A DNA stretch of 64,000 nt, from positions 639,544 to 703,543 of the forward strand of contig CAWJHO010000003.1 of the NCBI GenBank assembly GCA_963842745.1, in the 5' to 3' direction. Below, in pieces: positions 8,758-18,118 of this stretch. Within the stretch, counting starts at the first letter, position 1. Each line of letters opens with the position of its first letter. Source of the DNA: an uncultured Acidobacteriota bacterium (GTDB taxonomy: Bacteria > Acidobacteriota > Terriglobia > Acidiferrales > UBA7541). Under the pieces are notes generated by a model. That model saw nothing but the letters and a program-made list of their open reading frames with translations, searched no databases and was not told the origin of the DNA. A program made the position numbers and the translations under genes.

Positions 8758-9555
8758 TTATGCTCCACTGACGGGAAAAACGGGCCGCGCGGCGCGGGCA
8801 ATGGTCAGTCCCAGTACCGAGCGGGCTCCGGCTTCGCCTAACGCGCGAGCGCACGCATCAAGCGTCGCTCCCGTCGTCATTACATCATCTAGCAACAAGA
8901 CCCGCAAATTGTCAACCCGGCCTCCCCGGCGCGTAACAAATGCGCCACGTACCGCTTCCCAGCGCTCCTCCTGGCTGAGCAGGTGCTTCTCTGGACGGGG
9001 CCGGGAGCGCATCAGGAGGATGGGGCGGTAGGGGATGTGGAGGTGCCGGGCGAGGGGGCGCGCGATGAGGTCCACCTGATTATAGCCGCGGTTCCTTTGA
9101 CTCAAGCGGTGCACGGGGACTGGGACGACGACGTCGGCAGACGAGAGGCGCGGGTCGGTGCGGACCAACTCCACTAGGCGCATGGCGAAGAAGAGGCCTA
9201 GCGGCTCGATGCGCTCGTACTTGAGGTGGACAATGGCGCGGGCTAGCGCGCCTTCATAAACGCCAAAGCTGCGAGCGAGCTGAAAGCCGAATTTCCCCAG
9301 TACGCAATCCCGGCAAACCGGTTCGCTTTCGCTGGGCTCAGCCGGAAGCGGCAAAGTTTGGCCGCAAATGCGGCAGACTGGCGGGGCGATCCTCTGGAAC
9401 GACGCCAGACACGTTTCGCAGAGCGGTATCCGCCGGGCGTGCGTCAAGAGCGCATCGCAGAGCAGGCAGCCAGCCGGGAACACCACGCTGGTAAGGGCAC
9501 CGGCGAAGCTCTCCAGCCAACGTGCCAATTGCAGCCGCGATGCATGCAGATCCAT
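8758..9555 (-). CDS. comF: ComF-family phosphoribosyltransferase-like protein
   Basis: Cys-rich N-terminal zinc-finger region and PRTase motif VLLLDDVMTTGATL. Confidence 0.85.
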   Translation of the reverse strand: MDLHASRLQLARWLESFAGALTSVVFPAGCLLCDALLTHARRIPLCETCLASFQRIAPPVCRICGQTLPLPAEPSESEPVCRDCVLGKFGFQLARSFGVYEGALARAIVHLKYERIEPLGLFFAMRLVELVRTDPRLSSADVVVPVPVHRLSQRNRGYNQVDLIARPLARHLHIPYRPILLMRSRPRPEKHLLSQEERWEAVRGAFVTRRGGRVDNLRVLLLDDVMTTGATLDACARALGEAGARSVLGLTIARAARPVFPVSGA

Positions 9556-9633
9556 GGCGCAGCGACACCTATCCTCGCTGGGTTTATTCTACTTCAGTTA
9601 GATGCTGATTAGGTAATCGAAGCGGGTGAGGAG

Positions 9634-9987
9634 CTACAACGCGCCCTGTTCCATTTTCTCCGCGCAGGAAATGCAGTGTTTCGCCCACGGCACTGCCTCC
9701 AGGCGCTTCTGTTGCAACTCCTCCTGGCAATTGGCGCAGGTACCGTACTCGTTGTTGCGGATGCGTTTCAGGGCCTCGTCGATCATATGCAGGATGGTAC
9801 GGTCGGTATTGGTTTGACCGAAGAGGAACTCTTTGGTATAGGAATTTGCGGCCTTATCGGCGAGGTCGACGGTGGGGTCGTCGTCGGCCTGGCGGCCTTC
9901 TTCTTCGGTGCGCACAATAGTCTTGACCAGTTCGTCGCGCCGCGTCAGTAATTTCTTTTTGTAGTACTCCAAATGCTTCTTATCCAT
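9634..9987 (-). CDS. DksA/TraR-family C4 zinc-finger protein
   Basis: CANCQ-N17-CISC finger. GGAGGA SD lies 4 nt before ATG 9987. The track ORF extends to 10020. Confidence 0.9.
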   Translation of the reverse strand: MDKKHLEYYKKKLLTRRDELVKTIVRTEEEGRQADDDPTVDLADKAANSYTKEFLFGQTNTDRTILHMIDEALKRIRNNEYGTCANCQEELQQKRLEAVPWAKHCISCAEKMEQGAL

Positions 9988-10126
9988 GTTGTCCTCCCCC
10001 AGATGGCTCCTGGGGGCCACCTAAAAACTACGTAGTTTAGGTTGGATTTGGGGATGTGTCAAGGCGGCGACGAGCAGGAAGGGCGCGGCATCGTTATAAT
10101 CGAAGCGCTGTACCGCGAGGTGCGGT

Positions 10127-11203
10127 TTGACAGATTCCGTAAAACTCACGGCGATGGTCAAGGCAGCGGGTTGCGCGGCCAAGCTGAGTCCCGGAACGCT
10201 GGACGCAATCCTACGGCGCCTGCCACTGCCAACTGATCCGAACGTGCTCGTTGGGTTCAGCACCAACGACGACGCAGGGGTATATCTGCTCGGGGAAGGT
10301 TTGGCATTGGTGCAGACGGTCGATTTCTTCACGCCGATTGCGGACGACCCGTTCACGTTCGGGCAAATCGCGGCGGCCAATTCGCTGAGCGACGTATACG
10401 CGATGGGCGGGCGGCCGGTATCCGCGCTCTCGATCGTGGGATTTCCCGAAAAAAGCGATCCTGCAATTCTGGAGCAGATATTGCGCGGCGGCCTCGACAA
10501 GTTGAGCGAAGCGAAATGCAGCGTGCTTGGCGGGCATTCGATTCGTATCGACGATATCGTGTTTGGCTATGCCGTCACAGGGGTAATAAATCCGTTGCAA
10601 GTTTGGCGAAATGTCGGCGCGCAGACAAATGACGTACTTCTGCTGACGAAATCGCTGGGCACCGGCGCGATCTCCACAGCGCTTAAGAATGGGCGGGCCG
10701 AGAAAAGTTCGCTGGATGCGGCCATCGCTTCGATGACGCAATTGAATCGCGCGGCGGCCGAAGCTTTGCGCGAGTTGGAGGTGCAAGCAGGGAAGCGCTG
10801 CGTGCACGCGGTGACGGACATTACTGGATTCGGATTGCTGGGGCACGCGCGGGAAATGGCGTTGGGAGACGCGCGTTCGGGGATTGAGCGGGTAGCACTA
10901 GAAATTGTCGCCGCGGATGTGCCGCTGCTACCCGGTGCGCTCGATGCCGCGCGCCAGGGCATGATTTCCGGGGGGCTGAAAAACAATCGCGCGTTTCTAG
11001 GGGATTGCGTCAGCTTCGCCGCGAATGTGCCCGAAGAGAATCGCGCGTTGCTCTTTGACCCGCAGACATCCGGCGGCTTTTTGATCGCGCTTGCTCCGGA
11101 ACATGAGGAATCGGCGCGCGAAAGTCTCAAGCGTCATGGTGTGAATGCCAAGCGGGTCGGTCGCGTCGTGCCAAAGACATCCAGCCTGCTGATGGTGGTC
11201 TGA
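10127..11203 (+). CDS. selD: selenide, water dikinase (selenophosphate synthetase), Cys-type
   Basis: 358 aa. N-terminal VKLTAMVKAAGCAAKLSP matches the SelD G-(C/U)-x-x-K loop with Cys. AIR-synthase-like fold motifs. TTG start. Confidence 0.9.
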   Translation: MTDSVKLTAMVKAAGCAAKLSPGTLDAILRRLPLPTDPNVLVGFSTNDDAGVYLLGEGLALVQTVDFFTPIADDPFTFGQIAAANSLSDVYAMGGRPVSALSIVGFPEKSDPAILEQILRGGLDKLSEAKCSVLGGHSIRIDDIVFGYAVTGVINPLQVWRNVGAQTNDVLLLTKSLGTGAISTALKNGRAEKSSLDAAIASMTQLNRAAAEALRELEVQAGKRCVHAVTDITGFGLLGHAREMALGDARSGIERVALEIVAADVPLLPGALDAARQGMISGGLKNNRAFLGDCVSFAANVPEENRALLFDPQTSGGFLIALAPEHEESARESLKRHGVNAKRVGRVVPKTSSLLMVV

Positions 11204-11225
11204 CGACGAGAACAACGAGCGCACA

Positions 11226-12440
11226 GTGGACACCATCACACACGGCATCGCAGGGGCGCTGATCAGCAAAGCGGTGTTTGGAGGGCGAGACCTGTTTTCG
11301 CCGCGGTCGTTGAGCAAGCAGCGCATCATCACCTGGTCCCTGATGCTGGGCGCGGTTTTTCCGGACAGCGATGTCCTGCGTGATCTTTTTTCACACAATG
11401 AATTGCTGATGCTCACCTGGCATCGCAGCATCACGCATTCGTTAGTCTGCCTGCCAATCTGGACTGTGATCCTGGCGGGGCTGACAAGCGTGGTGGCGAA
11501 GTGGCGAAAGTGGGAAGCACCCTCGTTCACAGCGCTATGCGGAATCTGGGCGATCGGAATCCTGAGCCACATTTTCCTGGATCTTGTCACCAGCTTTGGC
11601 ACGATGATCTGGTCACCGCTGGCCTGGTCGCGTCCCGCATGGGACATTCTTTTCATTGTGGATTTCAGTTTCACGGCCATTCTGCTGATTCCGCAACTCC
11701 TCTCCTGGACCTATGAAGATCCGGCGCATATCAAATGGCGAGCTATTCTGATGTGGCTGGTGTTCACGCCAGCGCCATTCCTGATTGCAAAAATTGGTCA
11801 AATTGTGGGCGCGCCGATCTCCAATGTCACGATCCTTGTAGCTACTGTCCTTTTTGCGGTGCTGTTCCTGCTCCCGGCGGCGCGAGGCTGGGGCCTGAGC
11901 GTGGCTTACGCCAATTGGAATCGCACGGGGCTTGTTCTGGCGGTGGGCTATCTCGTCGCGGCCAGCTATGCTCACCACGTGGCGTTCGGGCGCATCCAGC
12001 AGTTTGCCGCGCAAAAGAACTTGCCGGTAGAAGCGATTGGCGCACTGCCCTTGCCGCCATCGTTCTGGCATTGGGATGGACTGATACGAGCGCCGCGAGG
12101 CGTCTATGAGATACGCATGGATTTAAGCGAAGGCTTATTCCAGAAAAACGCGCAGAAGACCAGCTATTCCGACCCCGACGTGATTGGTTACACGTACTAT
12201 CCTGACGCTCTTCCGAATCCCTGGATTGACCAGGCGCGACATTTGCCAGAAGTTCAGAAGGTTTTATGGTTCGCGCGGTTTCCCGTGACCCTCTTTCACA
12301 AGGAAGGCGATGAAGCGGTGGTGGAGTTTTCGGATTTGCGTTTTCCGCGCATACGGCCAGACCGACCGGCGTCGTTTACCTATCGTGTGAGGTTTTCGGG
12401 AGACGGAAGCGTGATCTCGCAGGGTTGGGTGCGCCGGTAA
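11226..12440 (+). CDS. membrane-bound metal-dependent hydrolase (YdjM/DUF457-like) with a long C-terminal extension
   Basis: MDTITHGIAGALISK, WHRSITHS and SHIFLDLVTSFG motifs, with multiple TM helices. At 404 aa it is about twice the usual length. Confidence 0.8.
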   Translation: MDTITHGIAGALISKAVFGGRDLFSPRSLSKQRIITWSLMLGAVFPDSDVLRDLFSHNELLMLTWHRSITHSLVCLPIWTVILAGLTSVVAKWRKWEAPSFTALCGIWAIGILSHIFLDLVTSFGTMIWSPLAWSRPAWDILFIVDFSFTAILLIPQLLSWTYEDPAHIKWRAILMWLVFTPAPFLIAKIGQIVGAPISNVTILVATVLFAVLFLLPAARGWGLSVAYANWNRTGLVLAVGYLVAASYAHHVAFGRIQQFAAQKNLPVEAIGALPLPPSFWHWDGLIRAPRGVYEIRMDLSEGLFQKNAQKTSYSDPDVIGYTYYPDALPNPWIDQARHLPEVQKVLWFARFPVTLFHKEGDEAVVEFSDLRFPRIRPDRPASFTYRVRFSGDGSVISQGWVRR

Positions 12441-12493
12441 AGACGAGTACCGTGACGCTGCAATTGCCCTTGGGTCTATCGCTTTGCGGAGGG

Positions 12494-13042
12494 CTAAGTC
12501 TTCGCCGGGTGAATAACCACCTGACGTTCCTCGCCCGTGCCGACGCTTTCGGTGCGCACGCCGGGCAAATCCTTCAGAGTGAGATGTACAATGCGCCGCT
12601 CCCGCGAAGACATGGGATTGAGCCGGAAGGGCTGGTGCGTAGCCTGGACCCTTTCCGCAGCCACGCGGGCAGTCATGCGCAGTTCCTCGAAACGCAGAGC
12701 GCGGAATCCGCCGCAATCGAGGTGAATCTTTTCATGGAAAACGGGCTCCAGGCCAAGCGCGCGGAATGCGATATGCTCGAGGGCCTTCAAAACTTCTCCG
12801 CTTCGCGCCATGAGGAGCTCGTTATCTTTGCCGTCGAGGTCGGCGAAAATTTCCGCCTCGCCTTCCACCGAGCTGGCGCCCGCTTCGGCGACGCGCACGT
12901 TCACGGAGAGTTCCAAACCGGCGGCACGCACAATCCTCGGCAGAAAATCACGGAGGGCGTCGGCTGCGGCCAAACGGTCCAGCTTGCCATCGCGTACGAA
13001 TTCCTTGGTCATAAGACTCTCGAAACTACTGATTTGACCCAA
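12494..13042 (-). CDS. jag: Jag-like RNA-binding protein (KH + R3H domains)
   Basis: C-terminal R3H motif (RERRIVHLTLKD). Located directly downstream of yidC, the usual position. Confidence 0.85.
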   Translation of the reverse strand: MGQISSFESLMTKEFVRDGKLDRLAAADALRDFLPRIVRAAGLELSVNVRVAEAGASSVEGEAEIFADLDGKDNELLMARSGEVLKALEHIAFRALGLEPVFHEKIHLDCGGFRALRFEELRMTARVAAERVQATHQPFRLNPMSSRERRIVHLTLKDLPGVRTESVGTGEERQVVIHPAKT

Positions 13043-13067
13043 GCAGACTGCGCTATCACACCGTCCC

Positions 13068-14852
13068 TTACTTCTTGGCGCGGACGGGTTTGACCGGGGC
13101 AGGAAGAGGGTGCGTCCGGTTCAGGTACCACTGTTGCAAGATATTGATCAGGCCGCTGGTAAGAATATACACCGCCACGCCGCTAGGGTACGGGATGATC
13201 ATAAACATTCCTGCCATGGCGATGGGCATGAATTTCATCATTTGTGCCTGTTGTGCATCGGCCGTGGGCATCGGCGTCATCTTTGACGCCAGATACATCG
13301 ACACGCCCATCAGCACCGGCAGGACATAGTAAGGATCCTTGGCCGATAAATCCTTGATCCAGCCGAACCACGGCGCATGCCGCAACTCGATGGTGCCCTG
13401 CAGGGCGCGCCACAGCCCGAACCAGATGGGCATCTGAAGAAGTTGCGGGATGCATCCGCCCACGGGGTTAATCCCTTCGCGCGAGTAGATGGCCATGATT
13501 TCCTTGTTCATCTCGGCCTTGCGCGGGTCATTCATCTTGTACTTCTTATACTTCTCCTGAATCTGCTTGATCACGGGTCCAACGCGCTGCATTTTCAGCG
13601 TCGTCTTGTAGCTCGAGATGCGCAGAGGGAAGAACACCATATTAATAACTAGGGTGAGCACCACGATGGACCAGCCCCAGTTCGGAATGTATTCGTGCAG
13701 CCACTTCAGCCCGTGGAACAGCGGGTCGGCAATGACCTCCAGCCACCCGAAATTCACCAGCGCGTGCAACGGTGGGTTCAGCTTTTTCAGCAGGTCGTAG
13801 TCCTTGGGCCCGACGAAAACGCGCAGGCTCATGGGTTGCGCGGAAGTCGCCGCCGCAACCTCAGGCACTTCTTCGGACACTTCCTTGCCATCCACCGTGG
13901 CCGTATCCCAAATCCTCCAGTAGCGTGTCTCCTGGGTAGTGGAGAGAGCATCGCTCGGGGGAAGAAACGTCACCGCGAAATAGCGGTCCTGGATTCCCGT
14001 AAATGTTTTTCCGCCTTGCCAGACGTTCCCCCACTTTTCCGGGCTATCGAGTTTCTTGTAGCCAACGGTGGTCAGCTTCCCGCCTTCGCTGTAAAAGGTC
14101 GTGATCGTGGTGATCGGGGCGGGGTTCGTGACCGTCATGTCGCCGAAGCCGCCACGCCAGGCCAGTCCCGCCAGCACGTGCACGCCGTTGTAGTTCGTGG
14201 TGGTTTCCACGCCCACGATATAGGAATGATCGAACTGAAACTTCTTGATCACCTCCAGGTGGCCATCGCTCCACTTGAAGGTCAGGTCCGTCGGCGCCTC
14301 CAGGGAAGCACTGGCGCTCGAAATCTTGTACAAACCCGTGTTTGCCGCCTTTTCGAGTCGTGGGTCTTCAAGAACCAGCGAGAATGGCCAGCCACCCGTC
14401 TTTGCAGCCGATTCCGCGTGTACCAGGTCCAAAGTGCGCTGCGGCTTCGCGTCATCCTTGTATTCCTTCAACTGCCAGCTCTTGACAACCGCACCGCGAT
14501 TGGAAAACTCCACGCGGTACAATGCGTTCTCAACAACGATGGTGCGCTCTTGGGTATCTTCAGCGAGCGGGGCCGCCGGCGTTGCAGCAGCGGAAACGGC
14601 TGAAGGCGCCGTGGAAGCAGTGGGCTCGGCCAGTGCAGAAGTCGCCGCAGAAGGTCCACTCGTCGCCGGCGCGGAGACGCCCGGCTGTTCCTGCTGTGGC
14701 ACATGCACAGGAGGCTTTGGCCCGAAGTACTTCGTCCACAGAATGATTATCCCCACGGAAAGCAGCGAGGCGACGAGGATACGCAGCTCCGGCGTGAACT
14801 TATCTTTTTTTGGCCCGATCGGCGGGAACTGGTTCACTGGCGGCGTGCTCAC
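13068..14852 (-). CDS. yidC: membrane protein insertase YidC
   Basis: 594 aa with an N-terminal TM, a large periplasmic domain and a C-terminal multi-TM insertase core. Its GTG start overlaps the yidD stop (GTGA). Confidence 0.95.
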   Translation of the reverse strand: MSTPPVNQFPPIGPKKDKFTPELRILVASLLSVGIIILWTKYFGPKPPVHVPQQEQPGVSAPATSGPSAATSALAEPTASTAPSAVSAAATPAAPLAEDTQERTIVVENALYRVEFSNRGAVVKSWQLKEYKDDAKPQRTLDLVHAESAAKTGGWPFSLVLEDPRLEKAANTGLYKISSASASLEAPTDLTFKWSDGHLEVIKKFQFDHSYIVGVETTTNYNGVHVLAGLAWRGGFGDMTVTNPAPITTITTFYSEGGKLTTVGYKKLDSPEKWGNVWQGGKTFTGIQDRYFAVTFLPPSDALSTTQETRYWRIWDTATVDGKEVSEEVPEVAAATSAQPMSLRVFVGPKDYDLLKKLNPPLHALVNFGWLEVIADPLFHGLKWLHEYIPNWGWSIVVLTLVINMVFFPLRISSYKTTLKMQRVGPVIKQIQEKYKKYKMNDPRKAEMNKEIMAIYSREGINPVGGCIPQLLQMPIWFGLWRALQGTIELRHAPWFGWIKDLSAKDPYYVLPVLMGVSMYLASKMTPMPTADAQQAQMMKFMPIAMAGMFMIIPYPSGVAVYILTSGLINILQQWYLNRTHPLPAPVKPVRAKK

Positions 14853-15148
14853 GGGCGGACCTCATGCGCTTCAGCTTTGATCGTGGAATTCGCTCGCATC
14901 TCTTGCCATTTCTCCGGAACCGGGTCGAATCCAAATCTGCGGGATAAAGGGTGGCAACGCAGCAGGCGCTTTGTCCCAAGCCAGATGCCGCGCCACACTC
15001 CGAATCGTTCAATCGCTTCATAGGCGTAGCGGGAACACGTGGGCTGGTAGCGGCAAGTGCCAGCGAGGAGCGAAGACAGATAAGCCTTGTAGAAACTGAG
15101 CGCAAAGAGCGCCGCGCGCACTCCCGCCGATTTCGGCGCTTGCTGCAT
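14849..15148 (-). CDS. yidD: membrane protein insertion efficiency factor YidD
   Basis: Conserved CRYQPTCSRYAYEAIERFG motif. The track ORF starts at 15289 inside rnpA. ATG 15148 (M48) lies after the rnpA stop and gives the normal size. Confidence 0.85.
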   Translation of the reverse strand: MQQAPKSAGVRAALFALSFYKAYLSSLLAGTCRYQPTCSRYAYEAIERFGVWRGIWLGTKRLLRCHPLSRRFGFDPVPEKWQEMRANSTIKAEAHEVRP

Positions 15149-15195
15149 TTCTTCTTGTAGGGGCGCGGCAAGCTGCGCCCCATTTGCCGAGGCGT

Positions 15196-15624
15196 TCACG
15201 GGTTCTTCAACAGGCGCAGAAGCTCCGCCGTCAGCGCCGCAAAGGGCGCCTTCGCGACGGAACGCTTCGGGTGAATGACGATGTCCCATCCTGCTGGTAT
15301 CTCCTCGCGGTGGCAGCGGACCATCTCGCGCAACCTTCTGCGCATGCGGTTGCGTACCACGGCGCCGCCGAGCGCCTTCTTGATGCTGAAACCGAAGCGG
15401 CTCAGTGGCAGATCATTGGCACGAACGAACACGGTGAAGTGGGCATTGGAGCGGCGCTTAGCGGTGTTGTAGACCGCGTCAAATTCGCTCTTGCGCACCA
15501 AGCGCGCCTCGCGCGGAAACGTCTGGCCCCGCTTCGCCTGTGGCGAAGGTGGGGCCGCCCCATTACTCGGGAGTGAGGCGATGACGTCCCTTCTTGCGGC
15601 GAGCTGCAAGGACTTTGCGGCCAC
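15196..15624 (-). CDS. rnpA: ribonuclease P protein component
   Basis: [13 protein letters not shown] ... [10 protein letters not shown], comparable to E. coli FPRELRLLTPSQF. The only usable starts upstream of the FPRE motif are GTG 15624 and TTG 15609, and both lie inside rpmH. Confidence 0.85.
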   Translation of the reverse strand: MAAKSLQLAARRDVIASLPSNGAAPPSPQAKRGQTFPREARLVRKSEFDAVYNTAKRRSNAHFTVFVRANDLPLSRFGFSIKKALGGAVVRNRMRRRLREMVRCHREEIPAGWDIVIHPKRSVAKAPFAALTAELLRLLKNP

Positions 15625-15703
15625 CTTTGGTCTTCATGCGCGAACGAAACCCGTGCGTTTTGGCGCGGCGGCGTTTCCGCGGCTGAAATGTACGCTTTGG
15701 CAA
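15563..15703 (-). CDS. rpmH: 50S ribosomal protein L34
   Basis: TTG start at 15703 gives [46 protein letters not shown] (46 aa). AAGGGGGA SD lies 5 nt upstream. The track shows it only as the tail of a longer 107-aa ORF. Confidence 0.9.
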   Translation of the reverse strand: MPKRTFQPRKRRRAKTHGFRSRMKTKGGRKVLAARRKKGRHRLTPE

Positions 15704-15912
15704 AACAATCCCCCTTACTGGATACGGCCCGCAAACTTCCCAAGTTTCATCCTCCGGCAGCTTTTTGCCGCCTGTCCACACAGCGAACCAGGATGGCCTT
15801 GGGGTCGTGCTCGTCAAGCCTGACTGTCTGATTCCAGGCAGCTTTCCGAATTTACTAGTGTACTTGCGCGGCGCGCACAGGGTCAAGAAAACGGCGGCGA
15901 TGGAAACGGGCG

Positions 15913-16587
15913 CTAGCCGTCAGCAATGACCATAGCAAAAGCGAAGCCGTCGTAGCCCTTGCTGCCGACGGTCTGGATTTCCGTGGCGGTCACGCGCTTC
16001 TCGGCGGCGAGTCGCTCATTGAAACGCCGGACGCCTTGAATGTCGGCGTCACCGCTGCTCGCTTCCAGCACCGCGCCATCACGCACCACATTGTCGGCGA
16101 TGATGACGGTGCCGGCGCGCGCTAGCTTCAGAGCCCAATCAAAATACTCGGGCATTTGGGATTTGTTGGCGTCGATGAAGATCAGATCAAACGGGCCGCG
16201 GCCCTGGGCGGCGAGTTTTGGCAAAGTCTCAAGCGCAGGTCCCAACCGCAGCTCGATCGCGCCAGTTAGCCCGGCCTGCGAAAAGTTAGCGCGCGCGACT
16301 TCGGCGTGTTTCGGATCGGCCTCCAACGTGATCACGCGGCCGCCAGCGGGTAGCGCTCTCGCAAGCCAAATAGTGCTGTAGCCGCCCAGCGTGCCGATCT
16401 CCAGAACCTGGCGAGCGCCGCAGGCTCGCGCCAGAAGATGCAGCAGCTTTCCCTGAGCCGGAGAGACTTGTATATGCGGCAAGTCTGCGGCAGCGGCGGT
16501 TTGGAGAGCGGCTTCCAACGCGGGATCTGAAGGCACCAGCAAGTCCGTGATGTATTTGTCGACGGCAGTCCAAACAGCCTGAGTCAT
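15913..16587 (-). CDS. class I SAM-dependent O-methyltransferase (caffeoyl-CoA OMT-like)
   Basis: 224 aa with the SAM-binding motif [16 protein letters not shown] and [10 protein letters not shown]. Confidence 0.9.
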   Translation of the reverse strand: MTQAVWTAVDKYITDLLVPSDPALEAALQTAAAADLPHIQVSPAQGKLLHLLARACGARQVLEIGTLGGYSTIWLARALPAGGRVITLEADPKHAEVARANFSQAGLTGAIELRLGPALETLPKLAAQGRGPFDLIFIDANKSQMPEYFDWALKLARAGTVIIADNVVRDGAVLEASSGDADIQGVRRFNERLAAEKRVTATEIQTVGSKGYDGFAFAMVIADG

Positions 16588-16659
16588 GGTTCCTCCCCCG
16601 ATTCCGCGACGGCAAAGAACTGGTGCAACTCGCGATTACCAAATGGCGTCAGGAAAGGG

Positions 16660-17958
16660 TCATGCCGCCGGATGGCTCCGGCGGTATTCGTCATAGGCGG
16701 ACAGATAGCGGTCCACATCCTTGTGCAGGAGATAGTAGGGCGTGGAAAGGCGAATCTTGGAGGGAGCGCCGCCGCGTATGCGCACTTTCTTCTCCTTCCA
16801 CAGCCAAAGCTCCGCGTCCGGCATTCTCAGGGAAGGCACGTTTACGGTGGCAATTCCACAGCGCATCGCCGGGTCCGATGATGTCCAGGATTCCGCGCCA
16901 CGCTGAAGCATTTCTTTCAGGATGTAATCGGCCATCTGCCGGTGGCGCTTCTCAATGCGGTCCATGCCAATCTGATTGGCCAATTCGACGGAGGCGCGCA
17001 AACCGGCGAGGGTGGGCACATTCGAGCTGCCGATGCGCTGGAAGCGTTCGGCGCGTATTTTGGTAGAGTCCCAGCCTTCGGTGGCAATAGTGTTCCACAA
17101 GCGGTCGATCATTTCGTCGCGGACGTAAAGGAAGCCCGTGCCTTTCGGAGCCTGGAGCCATTTGTGCGGGCTGGCGGAATAGAAATCGCAGCCCAGATCG
17201 GTGATATTGAGCTTCATCATGCCGGGCACGTGCGCGCCGTCAACGGCGCACAGAATTCCTTTGGAGCGGGCCAGCGCCGCCAATTCCTTCACCGGCAGAA
17301 CCACACCCGTAACGGTGGTGATGTGGCTGAAGAAGAGCACGCGCGTCCGCGGCGTAATGGCATCGTGGAACAGATTCAAAACCCCGGCGGGATTGGGCAC
17401 GGGCTTCGGCAGCGTCACCTTTCTCACCACGATGCCGTAGCGCTTGGCACGCAGGTTCCACGGCTGTTCGCCGCCGGGATGCTCCTGGTCGGTCATCAAC
17501 ACTTCGTCGCCGGCCTTCAGATCGATTCCATTGGCGATGTAGCTGTTTCCCTCGGTGGCATTGCGGACCAGGGCGAGTTCATTGCGGCTGCAGCCGATAA
17601 ACGCGGCCAACGGATCGCGAAACTGATTCCACGCGGCGTATCCCCAGATGGGGTAGTCCTCGGGGTCGGATTGCGCCAGCATTTCGGAATCGCGATAGCT
17701 CTCCAGAACGGCGCGCAGTACCGGCGCGGGTGAAGAGCCCACGGTGCCATTGTTCAGGTAAACCTCGTCTATGGGAATCAGGAATTGCTTTCGCAATTCG
17801 GTCCAATAAGCCTCTTCATTCGTCAGGTAGAGTGACTTATCAGGGAGTTTAGCGGGTGCACCGGCAAGCAAATCGTCGCAGACCGATTCGATACCGGTTG
17901 CCGAAGACGCTCCAGCCAGAGCCACGATTGACGACAAGAAGCCACGACGATCGAACAT
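16660..17958 (-). CDS. aminotransferase class V-fold PLP enzyme (cysteine desulfurase/epimerase-like) with a twin-arginine signal
   Basis: Class V fold motifs (FFSHITTVTG, SASPHKWL). N-terminus MFDRRGFLSSIVALAGASSA. ATG 17958 is preceded by GGAGGAA. The track start at 17970 lies inside that SD. Confidence 0.9.
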   Translation of the reverse strand: MFDRRGFLSSIVALAGASSATGIESVCDDLLAGAPAKLPDKSLYLTNEEAYWTELRKQFLIPIDEVYLNNGTVGSSPAPVLRAVLESYRDSEMLAQSDPEDYPIWGYAAWNQFRDPLAAFIGCSRNELALVRNATEGNSYIANGIDLKAGDEVLMTDQEHPGGEQPWNLRAKRYGIVVRKVTLPKPVPNPAGVLNLFHDAITPRTRVLFFSHITTVTGVVLPVKELAALARSKGILCAVDGAHVPGMMKLNITDLGCDFYSASPHKWLQAPKGTGFLYVRDEMIDRLWNTIATEGWDSTKIRAERFQRIGSSNVPTLAGLRASVELANQIGMDRIEKRHRQMADYILKEMLQRGAESWTSSDPAMRCGIATVNVPSLRMPDAELWLWKEKKVRIRGGAPSKIRLSTPYYLLHKDVDRYLSAYDEYRRSHPAA

Positions 17959-18118
17959 GATTTCCTCCACACAACGCTCCGCGAATTCTATCCCGACTCC
18001 GGCTGGAGAAGGAAAGTTTTGCGAATGATGGCTTGCGCGTGGGCCGCAGGGGGCCGTGCTGCACCTCTGCTTGGCAACCTGTACAATAGAGGTGGAAACC
18101 TAGAGAACACGATCAGCC

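Noticed and set aside
15704-15912. Possible oriC/dnaA neighbourhood because of the rpmH-rnpA-yidD-yidC-jag cluster
   Set aside because: The gene upstream of rpmH is an O-methyltransferase, not dnaA. Only one imperfect DnaA-box-like 9-mer (CTGTCCACA near 15771) was seen, and there is no AT-rich unwinding element.
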